A stretch of DNA of 64,000 bases from Vitreimonas sp. (GTDB lineage: Bacteria; Patescibacteriota; Microgenomatia; UBA1400; PJMF01), in the NCBI GenBank assembly GCA_035627515.1, contig DASPLQ010000012.1, forward strand, positions 650,331 through 714,330, read 5' to 3'. The notes beneath the pieces are model-generated. The model was given only the letters and a program-made list of their open reading frames with translations. It did no database searches and was not told the origin of the DNA. Below, piece after piece: positions 49,008 to 58,236 of the stretch (the stretch's first letter is position 1; each line of letters opens with the position of its first letter). Position numbers and translations under genes: made by a program.

Positions 49008-49583
49008 ATGAACGAAATTGTGAGGGGTATAGAAGACAAAACTATTTATACTCCCAAAGATGCTCCAGATCTTAAAATTCATATTTATAATCAAAGATAT
49101 GCAATAAAGCTATCAATGTGGAAAAAATTGGTTATTCCTGAAGATAGATTGAAGGCTTTAATGGACGAGCGAGGTGAAATGTGGTTAGCAATAAATGCCA
49201 GAAAACATGGCGATATCACTGGAGGATTAACTGGACTTGGTATTGATGCTCAAGACCACTCAGCCACAAGATTTCAATTAAAAGTAGATAAAAACACAAA
49301 TGTATATGAAATGAATATTCCAGTAGGCTATTCATTTGCCAGTGAAAAAGCGGCCCAAATAATGTTAAAAATGATTCCACAACAAGTTCAGCGTCAGCCT
49401 GTTATCCTCAGTGGCAGTGGTTTTTACAAAGAAATAGGAAGTGATGTTTTAACTTATTGGGGATATTCCCTGCCAGACATAGATGACAATGATCCGAGGT
49501 TTATTGAAAAAGGAATAGATACACATGGAAATGAGTTTATAAGTATGAGGCTGAATTCATTTCCAAATGATTTGAAGATTTGA
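49008..49583 (+). CDS. hypothetical protein
   Basis: 191-aa ORF with no motif. Low-GC, same islet as the flanking Nudix genes. Confidence 0.4.
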   Translation: MNEIVRGIEDKTIYTPKDAPDLKIHIYNQRYAIKLSMWKKLVIPEDRLKALMDERGEMWLAINARKHGDITGGLTGLGIDAQDHSATRFQLKVDKNTNVYEMNIPVGYSFASEKAAQIMLKMIPQQVQRQPVILSGSGFYKEIGSDVLTYWGYSLPDIDDNDPRFIEKGIDTHGNEFISMRLNSFPNDLKI

Positions 49584-49612
49584 GTGGACGTACAAAAACT
49601 CACCGGCATTTC

Positions 49613-50476
49613 CTACTCAGGTAACACACCCACTGTCTGCAGGACATTTATGTGTTCGGGTGGCTGAGCGAGTAAGTACTCAATTTCTTCTCTACGGACT
49701 ACTAAGTTATTTTCATTAGCGATGGTTTGTGCTTGTACGAGGGCTTTTTTAGCTTCATCCAGCTGACCAGTTTGAGCTAATAGCTGAGCTTTACTCATTA
49801 AGCCAAACGTCAGCCAAATTTTGGACCCGTTATTTTTTTCAATTAACGCTAAGCCTTGGGTAATGAGAGGTTGAGCTTCAGTCATTTTTCCTTGTGCTAA
49901 GTAAGCTGCACCCAAATGTGTCATTTCATCCCCTTGAGCTGCCGGCGCAGTTTGAATTTTTTGAGAGTGTTGAAGAGCAGTGATCGCTGGTTCTACCTTT
50001 CCTGCATACAGTAAGGCATGAGCCCAGTTTCTTGCCAAACCAGGATCTTGATCATTAAACCAATTATTGGCTTTGAGTGTTTCATATACAGCCAGAGAAC
50101 TGTCACTATACGCTTGAGCTTGTGTAGGTTGTTTCTGACGACTGGCTCGGCCAGCTTGGAGCCGAAACAAAATTGAGAGGTTGTTGCCAGTTTCGATGGC
50201 CAAAGCTTGATCTTTAATAGTGACTGCGGAGTAAAATGCTGTTTTTAGTTTCGGTTCAGACTCTGTATAGTTGCCTGCTTCTCGCAGTTGGGCCCCTTCG
50301 GCCATGACAGCTTTGATTTGATCAGCAGTTTCCAAGGTTGGTAAGGGAGTTGGGCTAGGGGACGAAGATGGAGTTGGATAAAGTCTAGTGAGGTTTTGGC
50401 CGATAAAAAAGGATGAGGCTAGCACTCCAGCGATCAAAACGAGCACGATGCCAATTAGGAGGGAGTTCTTTTTCAT
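49613..50476 (-). CDS. secreted/membrane-anchored TPR-repeat protein
   Basis: N-terminal signal/anchor (MKKNSLLIGIVLVLIAGVLASS), short PSPTP linker, then repeated TPR-like helices (AYLAQGKMTEAQPLITQGLAL...). Confidence 0.55.
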   Translation of the reverse strand: MKKNSLLIGIVLVLIAGVLASSFFIGQNLTRLYPTPSSSPSPTPLPTLETADQIKAVMAEGAQLREAGNYTESEPKLKTAFYSAVTIKDQALAIETGNNLSILFRLQAGRASRQKQPTQAQAYSDSSLAVYETLKANNWFNDQDPGLARNWAHALLYAGKVEPAITALQHSQKIQTAPAAQGDEMTHLGAAYLAQGKMTEAQPLITQGLALIEKNNGSKIWLTFGLMSKAQLLAQTGQLDEAKKALVQAQTIANENNLVVRREEIEYLLAQPPEHINVLQTVGVLPE

Positions 50477-50513
50477 ACAGCGCATTCTAACATAGTCGGA
50501 CTATACTAAAGCC

Positions 50514-50804
50514 ATGATAGAAATAGCTGCTGCTTCTATATGGTGGGTATACATTGTGGAGTGCCAAGATGGCACATACTACACGGGTGTGGCCCGGGAT
50601 GTAACTACCCGCCTGGCCCGACATAACACCGGGCGTGGGGCTAAGTACACGCGTGGTCGTGGACCAGTGAAGTTAGTGTACAGCGAACCTCAGTCTGATC
50701 GGTCGACAGCGTTGAAAAGAGAAGCTGAGATAAAGAAATTGAGCCGGGGCGAAAAGCAAGTTTTGATTGATGATTTTAAAAAAGGTGCTCAGAAATTAAC
50801 CTAG
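50514..50804 (+). CDS. GIY-YIG nuclease-family protein (UPF0213-like)
   Basis: WWVYIVECQDGTYYTGVARDVTTRLARHNTG...EAEIKKLSRGEK is a typical small GIY-YIG domain protein. Confidence 0.75.
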   Translation: MIEIAAASIWWVYIVECQDGTYYTGVARDVTTRLARHNTGRGAKYTRGRGPVKLVYSEPQSDRSTALKREAEIKKLSRGEKQVLIDDFKKGAQKLT

Positions 50805-51789
50805 CCCCTTTTCCCACCTTAGCTACAAAGATTTGATCAATGTAGGCTTCTTTCATAAAGAAAGTTTTTATTTTTTCTACATTTTCTTTATTACAAATGA
50901 TGTGAACGTTTGGTCCGGCATCGATGGTAAAGTAACATTCGATATCAGCTGCTCTTAGTTCATAAACAGCTTTGATTATTTCCAAGGTGCTACTCTCCCA
51001 ATACCAAATAGGTGGATGTGAGGTCATAGCAACGAGGTGAAGTGATAAAGTCTCCTTTTCTATTTCACTTCCTAGTAATGTGAGGTTTCTTTCAGAAATT
51101 GCTTCACGAATTTTTTTTAATCGTGGTGATAGCTCAGCTAGCCGAGCAGAGAAATAAGGGCTTGTAGCGGTGGCTTCGTGCCCTTCAAGTGAGGAAACTT
51201 TTTTAGCATCTTGAGACACTACCAAAATAAGATCATATAATGCCCAGTGTGATTCGGGAGCTAATTGGGTAGCAAAAGATGTGGTGTTGCTGGTGCCTTT
51301 TTTCCATTCCACAAATCCATCTGGTATTGAGCGTGTGGCGGAACCAGACCCTCCTAATCGAGTTAAGATAGAGAGTTGTTTTTGTGAAGGTTTTAATTTT
51401 AGGGCTTGGCATATTGCCAGCGTCAAAGCCGCAAAGGCGGAGGCAGAAGAAGCGATCCCGGCATCAGCGGGAAAGTTATTAATGGATTTAACACATGCTG
51501 GCAAATTAATCTGAGCCATCTCTCTGAGGCGATTTAATTGATTAATGATTCTAGAGGCTTTTTTTCCTGTTAATTGTTGTTCTTGCTCATTAAAAAAGGT
51601 GACATAAATTTGATCTACTGTATATTTTTCTGAAAAATCAACAGTAGTGATGGTATGTATTCCCTCTAAATTCATCGAGATAGAAGAATTTTGTGGTAAG
51701 GTTAATTCTGTATTTTTTTTACCCCAATACTTTACAAAGGCAATATTGGCGGGAGCGAGCGCAGTGGCTTTCATTGTAGTACTTCCCAT
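50776..51789 (-). CDS. mvaD: diphosphomevalonate decarboxylase
   Basis: N-terminus APANIAFVKYWGKKNTELTLPQNSSISMNL plus a GHMP motif AGIASSASAFAA. Confidence 0.85.
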   Translation of the reverse strand: MGSTTMKATALAPANIAFVKYWGKKNTELTLPQNSSISMNLEGIHTITTVDFSEKYTVDQIYVTFFNEQEQQLTGKKASRIINQLNRLREMAQINLPACVKSINNFPADAGIASSASAFAALTLAICQALKLKPSQKQLSILTRLGGSGSATRSIPDGFVEWKKGTSNTTSFATQLAPESHWALYDLILVVSQDAKKVSSLEGHEATATSPYFSARLAELSPRLKKIREAISERNLTLLGSEIEKETLSLHLVAMTSHPPIWYWESSTLEIIKAVYELRAADIECYFTIDAGPNVHIICNKENVEKIKTFFMKEAYIDQIFVAKVGKGARLISEHLF

Positions 51790-52685
51790 TGATGGTTACT
51801 TGTTAAGTTAAGTAGTTTGTTTTTTTGTTGATGATATGCCAAGATAATACCTGAGCCACCTTTTATTCCCCCAGCCCCACAAACTTTGGCGTGTCCGCCA
51901 ATGCTTTCAATCAGATTAATCATTTCTTTGGCTTTAGAGCCTACCACTCCTAGTGTTTCAAGTTGTCTCTGATTGGTGGTTAATAAAAATGTAGGCGGTA
52001 CTCCTTTTTCAAGTTGCTCAATAATCTTGTTTGTAACTTTACTAATGTTAGCGCATATTTTTTTGAAATCAGGTTTTTTAAGTGATTTTTCAACCATCTC
52101 TTTGGTAGTTTCTTTAGCTGCACCCGAGTTAATTAACACATAATTATTTATGTTAAAAAATGGCGTTTTTTTATCAGTTATTTTTAATTCACCGCCGATG
52201 CTTTTAACTACTAAAGGCAGATTGTATGCAGTTGCTACAGCGTCGAGGCCGCTGGGTCTGCCATGAGCATAAGTTTCACATTTCTGAATCAAAGTTATTT
52301 TTTGTGATAATGATAAAACGCATCTATTTACTTGGGCACAGGCTTGAACAATAGCATGCGCTAAGGCTGCTGATGAGCCCAACCCACAGTTTTGTGGAAT
52401 AGTTGAATTAAGTTCTAATTTAAAGTGAGAATAATCACTTGAAAATTCTTCTTTACAAACATTGAGAATAAACTCAACGTGAGGTGAATAAACAGGTTTG
52501 TTTTTAATGTTAGTGACCAATCTGGCTTTAATGTGATTTTTTAAGGGAATTACTAGCGCTATTGTTCCCTGTAATATACTATATTCACCACTCACTATTA
52601 ACTTACCGTGCGCCGTTGCCCAAGGAGTTTTATTTATCACTTGTGTTGTCCTCATCTTCAAGATAAACAATTTCATACATATCAC
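51771..52685 (-). CDS. mvk: mevalonate kinase (GHMP kinase family)
   Basis: HGKLIVSGEYSILQG N-terminal motif and the GHMP ATP-binding loop PQNCGLGSSAALAHAI. Immediately upstream of mvaD, overlapping it. Start uncertain (M1, M4 or M11). Confidence 0.75.
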   Translation of the reverse strand: MICMKLFILKMRTTQVINKTPWATAHGKLIVSGEYSILQGTIALVIPLKNHIKARLVTNIKNKPVYSPHVEFILNVCKEEFSSDYSHFKLELNSTIPQNCGLGSSAALAHAIVQACAQVNRCVLSLSQKITLIQKCETYAHGRPSGLDAVATAYNLPLVVKSIGGELKITDKKTPFFNINNYVLINSGAAKETTKEMVEKSLKKPDFKKICANISKVTNKIIEQLEKGVPPTFLLTTNQRQLETLGVVGSKAKEMINLIESIGGHAKVCGAGGIKGGSGIILAYHQQKNKLLNLTSNHQWEVLQ

Positions 52686-52914
52686 GTAAATCTTCTATCT
52701 CAATTGATACACTTCCACACACCACCATATCCCACCACTCATTAGGTATGTCTGCAAATTCACTTTTGAGAACTAACTTAAATTTCCGATTTTCTTTTTC
52801 CATGTGATTCCTTTCTTTTTATCGATGAACACTTTGGATGTTACATACTCATTGGTCGTAATTAACCACGAGAATCATTCAAAAGGGAAAATTTTATAGA
52901 GGAGTCAGCAAAGT

Positions 52915-54870
52915 TTACTCAAACACTACGGTGGTGACACTATATGCCGGCATGGTGTAGTACGTGATGTTGCCAGTGACGGTGAGTGTGCCAGCTGATT
53001 GAGGTGTAGATGAAGCGGACGTCAAGCGATAAGCACGGGCGGTAGTGAAGCTGTGGGTACTACTGACGGCTAATTTAACGACTAAGGGACTGGCATGTTT
53101 ATTGATGACCACTGCGTACACTTTATCTGTGGCCACCCCGTTTGCCATACCATACGCAGAACTGCGGACAATATCAGAGTTGGTAACTTCAGGTAAGCTC
53201 GAGTTACCGATCTTACTGCCATTGCCATCATAGTTTAAGTACATGTCAAAGGCACCATAAAAGAATTGGTTTTGATCATTAAGTTCCCAGAGGTTAGCAG
53301 CGAAGATGCCTTCGCGACCAAAAATGCCTAGCACGTCAGCTTGAGCGATACCTCCTGAAATGTGATTACCACCACCATAGTTATATTCGGTGAAGGCTAA
53401 TTTAGTGTCGGGGTAGTTGTTGCCGATACGAGTGCGGACGTCAGGAATTAATTTGATAGGTGCGTGTAGATAATCATTTGCAATCCAGCTATTTTCTTGA
53501 TAGGAATGATCCCACAATGAGCGTGGAGCCTGGACACGAGCTTGAATTTTACTCTCACTATCACTATTACAATCAGTAATGCGGCAACCGGTAGCGTTGT
53601 CGCGGGCTTCAGGATACCAATGGAGATCCAAAACGTCTAATAAGCGTTTGCCGGCTGCGGTTGATCGCTGCCTCATGCCAGCCAGGAAATAATCTAAGTA
53701 GGTGTCACCAACCTGGCCTGGGGCTCGAGTGGTGGTGCGGTCAGGAGCATCTTGGAGAGTTTGGAACTCGTTATAGCCGTAGGCGACCGAGCCAAAGACT
53801 TTGGCGTTAGGGTCACGAGCTTTGATGACAGCCGCAAACTCACTGGAGCGATCAACCATCTCAGCATAGGTGGGTTTATTAGGATGGACATATGGATGGG
53901 TGCTAGGCCATAAACCAGGTTCATTATCCAAGCTATACATAATGTCCGCAGTGGGGAAGATGCTTTCTACAAAATTAACAAACTCACTTTGATAGACACG
54001 ACGATCACCCATCACGCCTGAGCTGCCATCACCACTTGGTTGAGGATCATTAATGGCCCAGCGGGTATTGGTATCAGTGGCAGTGGAGTTGACGGAACCA
54101 TTTTTATCAGCGGAGACATAATCGACAATGGGCACGGTCACGAGCGACGCAGCTTCTTTACTTTGAGCGTCGTTAATTCGAACTCGGACGGCTTCACCCG
54201 GTGTACCAGAGTTGCCACCACAACTGTAGCCGCCTGATTCACAGAGGTAGTTATCACTGGAGTTTTGCCAATCAGTGCCGGCGTTGGAAGCATTATTTTC
54301 CCAGTTATAGGCAGTCCAGCGGTTACCACCGGAGCGAACGAGCTCGGTGCGAGCGTAGCGAGCGTCATTGGTGCCATAAATATACTGTGAGATTTCACGT
54401 CTGACCATAGAATTGATCGTGACCGAGATGTCATGTGGCTGAGGTGAGGTGGAAGGAAACGGTGAAGGACTGCCCGGCATGGGTGTAGGATTAGCACTGG
54501 AGAGAGGGCTAGAGCTGGGCGTAGGGCTGGTGCTGGGTCCTGGGCTGGAACTAGGGCTGGGAGTACAGGTATCGAAAAAATATAGTCGTAACCAACTGAG
54601 ATCTACTAGATTAACATACGAGTTGCGATCAAGATCTGCCGGCGAAGTAGTAGTGGCTGAGGGCGAAAAATTGTTAGCTAAGATGGTGTAATCAGGGAGG
54701 TTGACAACTAAATCGTCATTTAGGTCGGCATCACAGACCGTAGGTGTATACGCAGTTTGAGCTGCTACCTGGGAAGCAAGCAAGACACTGACAGTGGTCA
54801 ACGCCAAAACTGTAAAGGCAACTAAGGGTCTGCGCTGAAATGCAGGTAACAACGGCATAGAGTCAGGCAA
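52915..54870 (-). CDS. secreted glycoside hydrolase (clan GH-A TIM-barrel, GH44-like) with N-terminal dockerin-like module
   Basis: Signal peptide. Dockerin-like CDADLNDDLVVNLPDYTILANNF...ADLDRNSYVNLVDLSWLRLYF. PS linker. Catalytic signatures YSLDNEPGLW (acid/base NEP) and LAFTEYNYGG (nucleophile), plus LHWYPEA. Confidence 0.65.
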   Translation of the reverse strand: MPDSMPLLPAFQRRPLVAFTVLALTTVSVLLASQVAAQTAYTPTVCDADLNDDLVVNLPDYTILANNFSPSATTTSPADLDRNSYVNLVDLSWLRLYFFDTCTPSPSSSPGPSTSPTPSSSPLSSANPTPMPGSPSPFPSTSPQPHDISVTINSMVRREISQYIYGTNDARYARTELVRSGGNRWTAYNWENNASNAGTDWQNSSDNYLCESGGYSCGGNSGTPGEAVRVRINDAQSKEAASLVTVPIVDYVSADKNGSVNSTATDTNTRWAINDPQPSGDGSSGVMGDRRVYQSEFVNFVESIFPTADIMYSLDNEPGLWPSTHPYVHPNKPTYAEMVDRSSEFAAVIKARDPNAKVFGSVAYGYNEFQTLQDAPDRTTTRAPGQVGDTYLDYFLAGMRQRSTAAGKRLLDVLDLHWYPEARDNATGCRITDCNSDSESKIQARVQAPRSLWDHSYQENSWIANDYLHAPIKLIPDVRTRIGNNYPDTKLAFTEYNYGGGNHISGGIAQADVLGIFGREGIFAANLWELNDQNQFFYGAFDMYLNYDGNGSKIGNSSLPEVTNSDIVRSSAYGMANGVATDKVYAVVINKHASPLVVKLAVSSTHSFTTARAYRLTSASSTPQSAGTLTVTGNITYYTMPAYSVTTVVFE

Positions 54871-55005
54871 TATTATAGCTTGTTTACTTGATTTCCACAG
54901 GTAGAGGATGACGTTAAATAACTGATATGTACAACCTACGTATTTGCTATTTAATGTTTATTGGTTTTAATACCCCTACGTTGTTCCAGATATACATCTA
55001 AAAAA

Positions 55006-55596
55006 ATGAGAACCAAAGCCTCCCTTACTATCTATTTTAACGCCGCGATTTGTGCTGAAAATGAGTTTGAGCAAGAATATCGCCTGATTGTGGAGACGTT
55101 AGAAAAACTTGGTCATAAAGTTATCTCAGATCATGTTTTCCAACAAACCCTGGAAGATTTGAAAAAGAAAAAACCTGAACAGTTGCAGAAGTATTACCAC
55201 CAAACTAAACGTAAAATCCAAAAAGCTGACCTGATGGTGGCGGAAATTTCGTATCCTTCTACTGTGAATGTGGGTCACGAGTTAACCTTGGCTTTAGAAT
55301 ACAACAAGCCGGTGTTAGCTCTGTATCGCACTGATCAACCGCCATTAATTTTTTGGGCGCTAAATGAAGACAAATTCTGTGTGGCAGAATATTCCCTCAG
55401 TAATTTGCCCACAGTGATCCAAGATTGTCTCGATTACTTAAGTAGCCAAGTGGATTCACGATTTAACTTTTTCATCTCACCACGGCTACAAAATTATCTC
55501 GATTTAATTTTTAAGAAAAAGAAAATTCCTCGTTCAGTGTATCTACGCCGATTAATCGAAGAAGACATGGCTAAGAATAAGGATTTGGTCGATTAA
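55006..55596 (+). CDS. hypothetical protein, possibly nucleoside 2-deoxyribosyltransferase-like
   Basis: IYFNAAICAENEF...VAEISYPSTVNVGHELTLALEYNKPVLAL loosely resembles the PF05014 fold. Weak. Confidence 0.3.
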   Translation: MRTKASLTIYFNAAICAENEFEQEYRLIVETLEKLGHKVISDHVFQQTLEDLKKKKPEQLQKYYHQTKRKIQKADLMVAEISYPSTVNVGHELTLALEYNKPVLALYRTDQPPLIFWALNEDKFCVAEYSLSNLPTVIQDCLDYLSSQVDSRFNFFISPRLQNYLDLIFKKKKIPRSVYLRRLIEEDMAKNKDLVD

Positions 55597-55652
55597 ATTC
55601 TCCGCTTCGTTTTTTACTCACCACTAGATATAATCGCATCTGACTGAATTAA

Positions 55653-55740
55653 GGAAGCGTCGCCTAGTGGTTTATGGCACATGCCTGGAAAGCATGACCC
55701 CGCAAGGGGCTCGTGGGTTCGAATCCCACCGCTTCCGCCA
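55653..55740 (+). tRNA. tRNA-Ser (anticodon GGA), type II
   Basis: GGAAGCG acceptor stem, anticodon arm CATGC-CTGGAAA-GCATG, long variable arm ACCCCGCAAGGGGCTC. T-arm and acceptor 3' strand identical to the tRNA at 13890. CCA is encoded. Confidence 0.85.
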
Positions 55741-55790
55741 CAATCAACAATCGAGCGTAGCTCGAATTGGCGAGTGTGATGGGATATGCA
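55741..55790 (+). repeat. 50-nt tRNA 3' trailer, copy 2
   Basis: CAATCAACAATCGAGCGTAGCTCGAATTGGCGAGTGTGATGGGATATGC. Two mismatches versus 13980-14029. Confidence 0.6.
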
Positions 55791-55896
55791 CTTGGGTTTT
55801 TATCCTGCCGGCAACCGAGCTCAGCTCGGCTGCCTAATACCCGGAGGGTGCACCGCTTCCGCTGATAAAACACTTGAACCGAAACAGAAATAAGTT

Positions 55897-57144
55897 TTAA
55901 CTAGCTTTTTGCTCTATTAACACTGCTCCCACCACAAACCAAAATATCAAGTGTTCTGAAATTGAAATGACATTGGTCTGTGAGTGGTACACATATAACA
56001 AAAAGCACAACATCAACATTTGGTACCAGACACGGTCAGTAGCATTTGCTTTACGAGTTTGTTTAACTAACTGAAGATAAGCAACCCCCAACAGTAAACT
56101 GTAACTGATGAGCCCCACCACCCCGGTGGTGACCAAAACCTCTAACAATTCTGAGTGAGCTTTGTCGAGATAGACATCATGATAAAAACCTTCTCGCAGT
56201 GCCGAGTAACGGAAAGCATAATCCACATTGGCCACCCCCCACCCGAAAACAGGTTGAGCTAAATAGCCGGTACTGACATGTTTAAAAATCCGTGTTCGGC
56301 TTTCAGCTATGGCGGTCGTTTGATCTTTCCAAATAGCAATAGTATTAAAGAGAAGCGCTGCTAAGAGTATGGTGCCCAGCCCCCAAACTGGAGAGTAATC
56401 TTTGGTAAGTATATAAAGGAGACACGTTGCCACTCCCAACCCTGCAATGGCTCCCAAAGAATATGTCCCTAGCAGAGCTAGGATGAGGATAACCAGTGTT
56501 AAGACCACTCCACCTTTCACCAGCTGTGTGTCAGCTACGCGGTATAAATACCACCCCAATGGTAAACAACACAGCAGATAGCCAGCTAAAAAGTTAGGTT
56601 GACCGAAGCTAACACCGATCGCCCCCTGCCAGTTATAAACACTTTCCATATTCAGCACATGTAAACGCACGAAATCAATCACCGCCCAAGTACTCACTAG
56701 TCCTGCACCAGACCACATCGACCACACAAAATACTTTCGCCACTGGGATGTTTGCCAGAAACTGATCAGTAAACTTGCCGCAATCAACACGCTTAAGGTC
56801 AATAAGCCATCGATACGATAGGGATTACCGATGACGCTTTTATGGATATCTTCACCTAACAGAGATGAAAGGACAGCTACGCTAAAGAAGGTCATGACAG
56901 CTAGGAGTAGCGGAAGATGAAAAGTGATGGCAGGCATAGGCCGTCGTCGCAGCATCACCATCAGAGTAAACCCTATCCCCATAACTCCAGCAATGGTAGC
57001 CCAGACCTTAGGAACTTCATGAGGAATAGTAGCACTGGGCCAAAATACCAGCGGCTGCAGACAGAGACCAATCCACCCCAACCAGAGGTAAAAAGGCACA
57101 GCAAATAGGGATAAATGGGATTTCTGTCGCCTGTTGACCGACAT
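55897..57144 (-). CDS. O-antigen-ligase-like (Wzy_C) polytopic membrane protein
   Basis: About 10 TM helices and the periplasmic loop YLAQPVFGWGVANVDYAF typical of the O-antigen ligase family. Confidence 0.6.
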   Translation of the reverse strand: MSVNRRQKSHLSLFAVPFYLWLGWIGLCLQPLVFWPSATIPHEVPKVWATIAGVMGIGFTLMVMLRRRPMPAITFHLPLLLAVMTFFSVAVLSSLLGEDIHKSVIGNPYRIDGLLTLSVLIAASLLISFWQTSQWRKYFVWSMWSGAGLVSTWAVIDFVRLHVLNMESVYNWQGAIGVSFGQPNFLAGYLLCCLPLGWYLYRVADTQLVKGGVVLTLVILILALLGTYSLGAIAGLGVATCLLYILTKDYSPVWGLGTILLAALLFNTIAIWKDQTTAIAESRTRIFKHVSTGYLAQPVFGWGVANVDYAFRYSALREGFYHDVYLDKAHSELLEVLVTTGVVGLISYSLLLGVAYLQLVKQTRKANATDRVWYQMLMLCFLLYVYHSQTNVISISEHLIFWFVVGAVLIEQKAS

Positions 57145-57204
57145 TTTTTGTTGCTGTATAGTACCAAATCTAATACGTACAAATTATATAAAAGTATATC
57201 AAAT

Positions 57205-57798
57205 ATGAAAAATACTTCTTACTTCTCTATTGTAGCGCTGTTTGCCTTAGTTGTGCCAGTGCTGTCATTATTGGCCTTTGCTGGTCAGGGCGTGCCACAA
57301 GTTTCAGCAGGTGGGGCTTGGGAAGAACCAGTTTCAACTCCTTCGCAACCAGTCAGTACTCCAACTCAACCTGGTAACGCTGGTGGGAATAATAACGGAG
57401 TCAGTACCAACGCAGGTGGCAGTCCAGCCACCGGTACTAGTGCAGCACATCCTCAAGGCTGTGGCGACACTCGCCCAGTAGGTGTATCAGATTTATTCCA
57501 GATCAATAGAGATGGTGCTAAAGCTACTTTATACTTCACACCTGTCCATGGTGCGAGTAGTTATCATGTCGTTTTTGGACACAAGGATGGGGATGAACGC
57601 TTTGGTGGTATCTCCATGGTCCCTAGTAACAATAATGGTGTGCAAACCATCGTCGTCGATCACTTGTCACCTCGCAAGACCTACTCATTCAAAGTAGTAC
57701 CTGCCAATGGTTGTGCCGCTGGCGACAGTTCCAGCTGGTTGACTGCAACTGGTAAAGGTCTGAAGTTCTCAGCCTTCAAGTACTTCAAGAAAAAGTAA
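57205..57798 (+). CDS. secreted protein with FN3-like C-terminal domain
   Basis: Signal peptide MKNTSYFSIVALFALVVPVLSLLAFAGQG, Thr/Pro/Gln-rich linker, and C-terminal ATLYFTPVHGASSYHVVFGHKDGDERFGG...KTYSFKVVP. Start placed at ATG 57205. Confidence 0.5.
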   Translation: MKNTSYFSIVALFALVVPVLSLLAFAGQGVPQVSAGGAWEEPVSTPSQPVSTPTQPGNAGGNNNGVSTNAGGSPATGTSAAHPQGCGDTRPVGVSDLFQINRDGAKATLYFTPVHGASSYHVVFGHKDGDERFGGISMVPSNNNGVQTIVVDHLSPRKTYSFKVVPANGCAAGDSSSWLTATGKGLKFSAFKYFKKK

Positions 57799-57820
57799 AG
57801 TGATTTAGTCAGGATAATCA

Positions 57821-57857
57821 GACCCCCGTCTGCTCATTAGCGGATCGGGGGTTTTTT
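57821..57857 (+). terminator. rho-independent terminator
   Basis: GACCCCCG-(17-nt loop)-CGGGGGTC followed by TTTTTT, 23 nt after the stop of the upstream gene. Confidence 0.7.
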
Positions 57858-57909
57858 GTGATAGAGTGTGCAGAACACTTAAAAAGTAATTTTTATTTAA
57901 GGAGTAATA

Positions 57910-58227
57910 ATGACCTCTGAACAACCACGAACTTATGATCAATTATCTCCTGTTCAAAAAGATCAAGTTTCAGCCTTAAAGCAAGAGATTGCAACCAATC
58001 CTTGGTTTAACACGGCTTACATTGCCGCGCGATTGAACCCTGAACTGGTGGGCTTTTACTTGAAATCAACTCATCAGGGTGAGCAAATTTTACCTGTTTA
58101 TCAAACACAAGATGGTAACCAAACATGGTTTTTTGCAGTCGAGTATCATGGTCCCCAAGAATATCGCAAAGAAACCACCCATGAAGGTGTCCCTCGATCA
58201 GCTGTCATTTTCCATAACATGAAATAG
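57910..58227 (+). CDS. hypothetical protein
   Basis: 105-aa ORF preceded by the RBS-like AAGGAGTAATAATG. No motif. Confidence 0.45.
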   Translation: MTSEQPRTYDQLSPVQKDQVSALKQEIATNPWFNTAYIAARLNPELVGFYLKSTHQGEQILPVYQTQDGNQTWFFAVEYHGPQEYRKETTHEGVPRSAVIFHNMK

Positions 58228-58236
58228 GTATAATAA

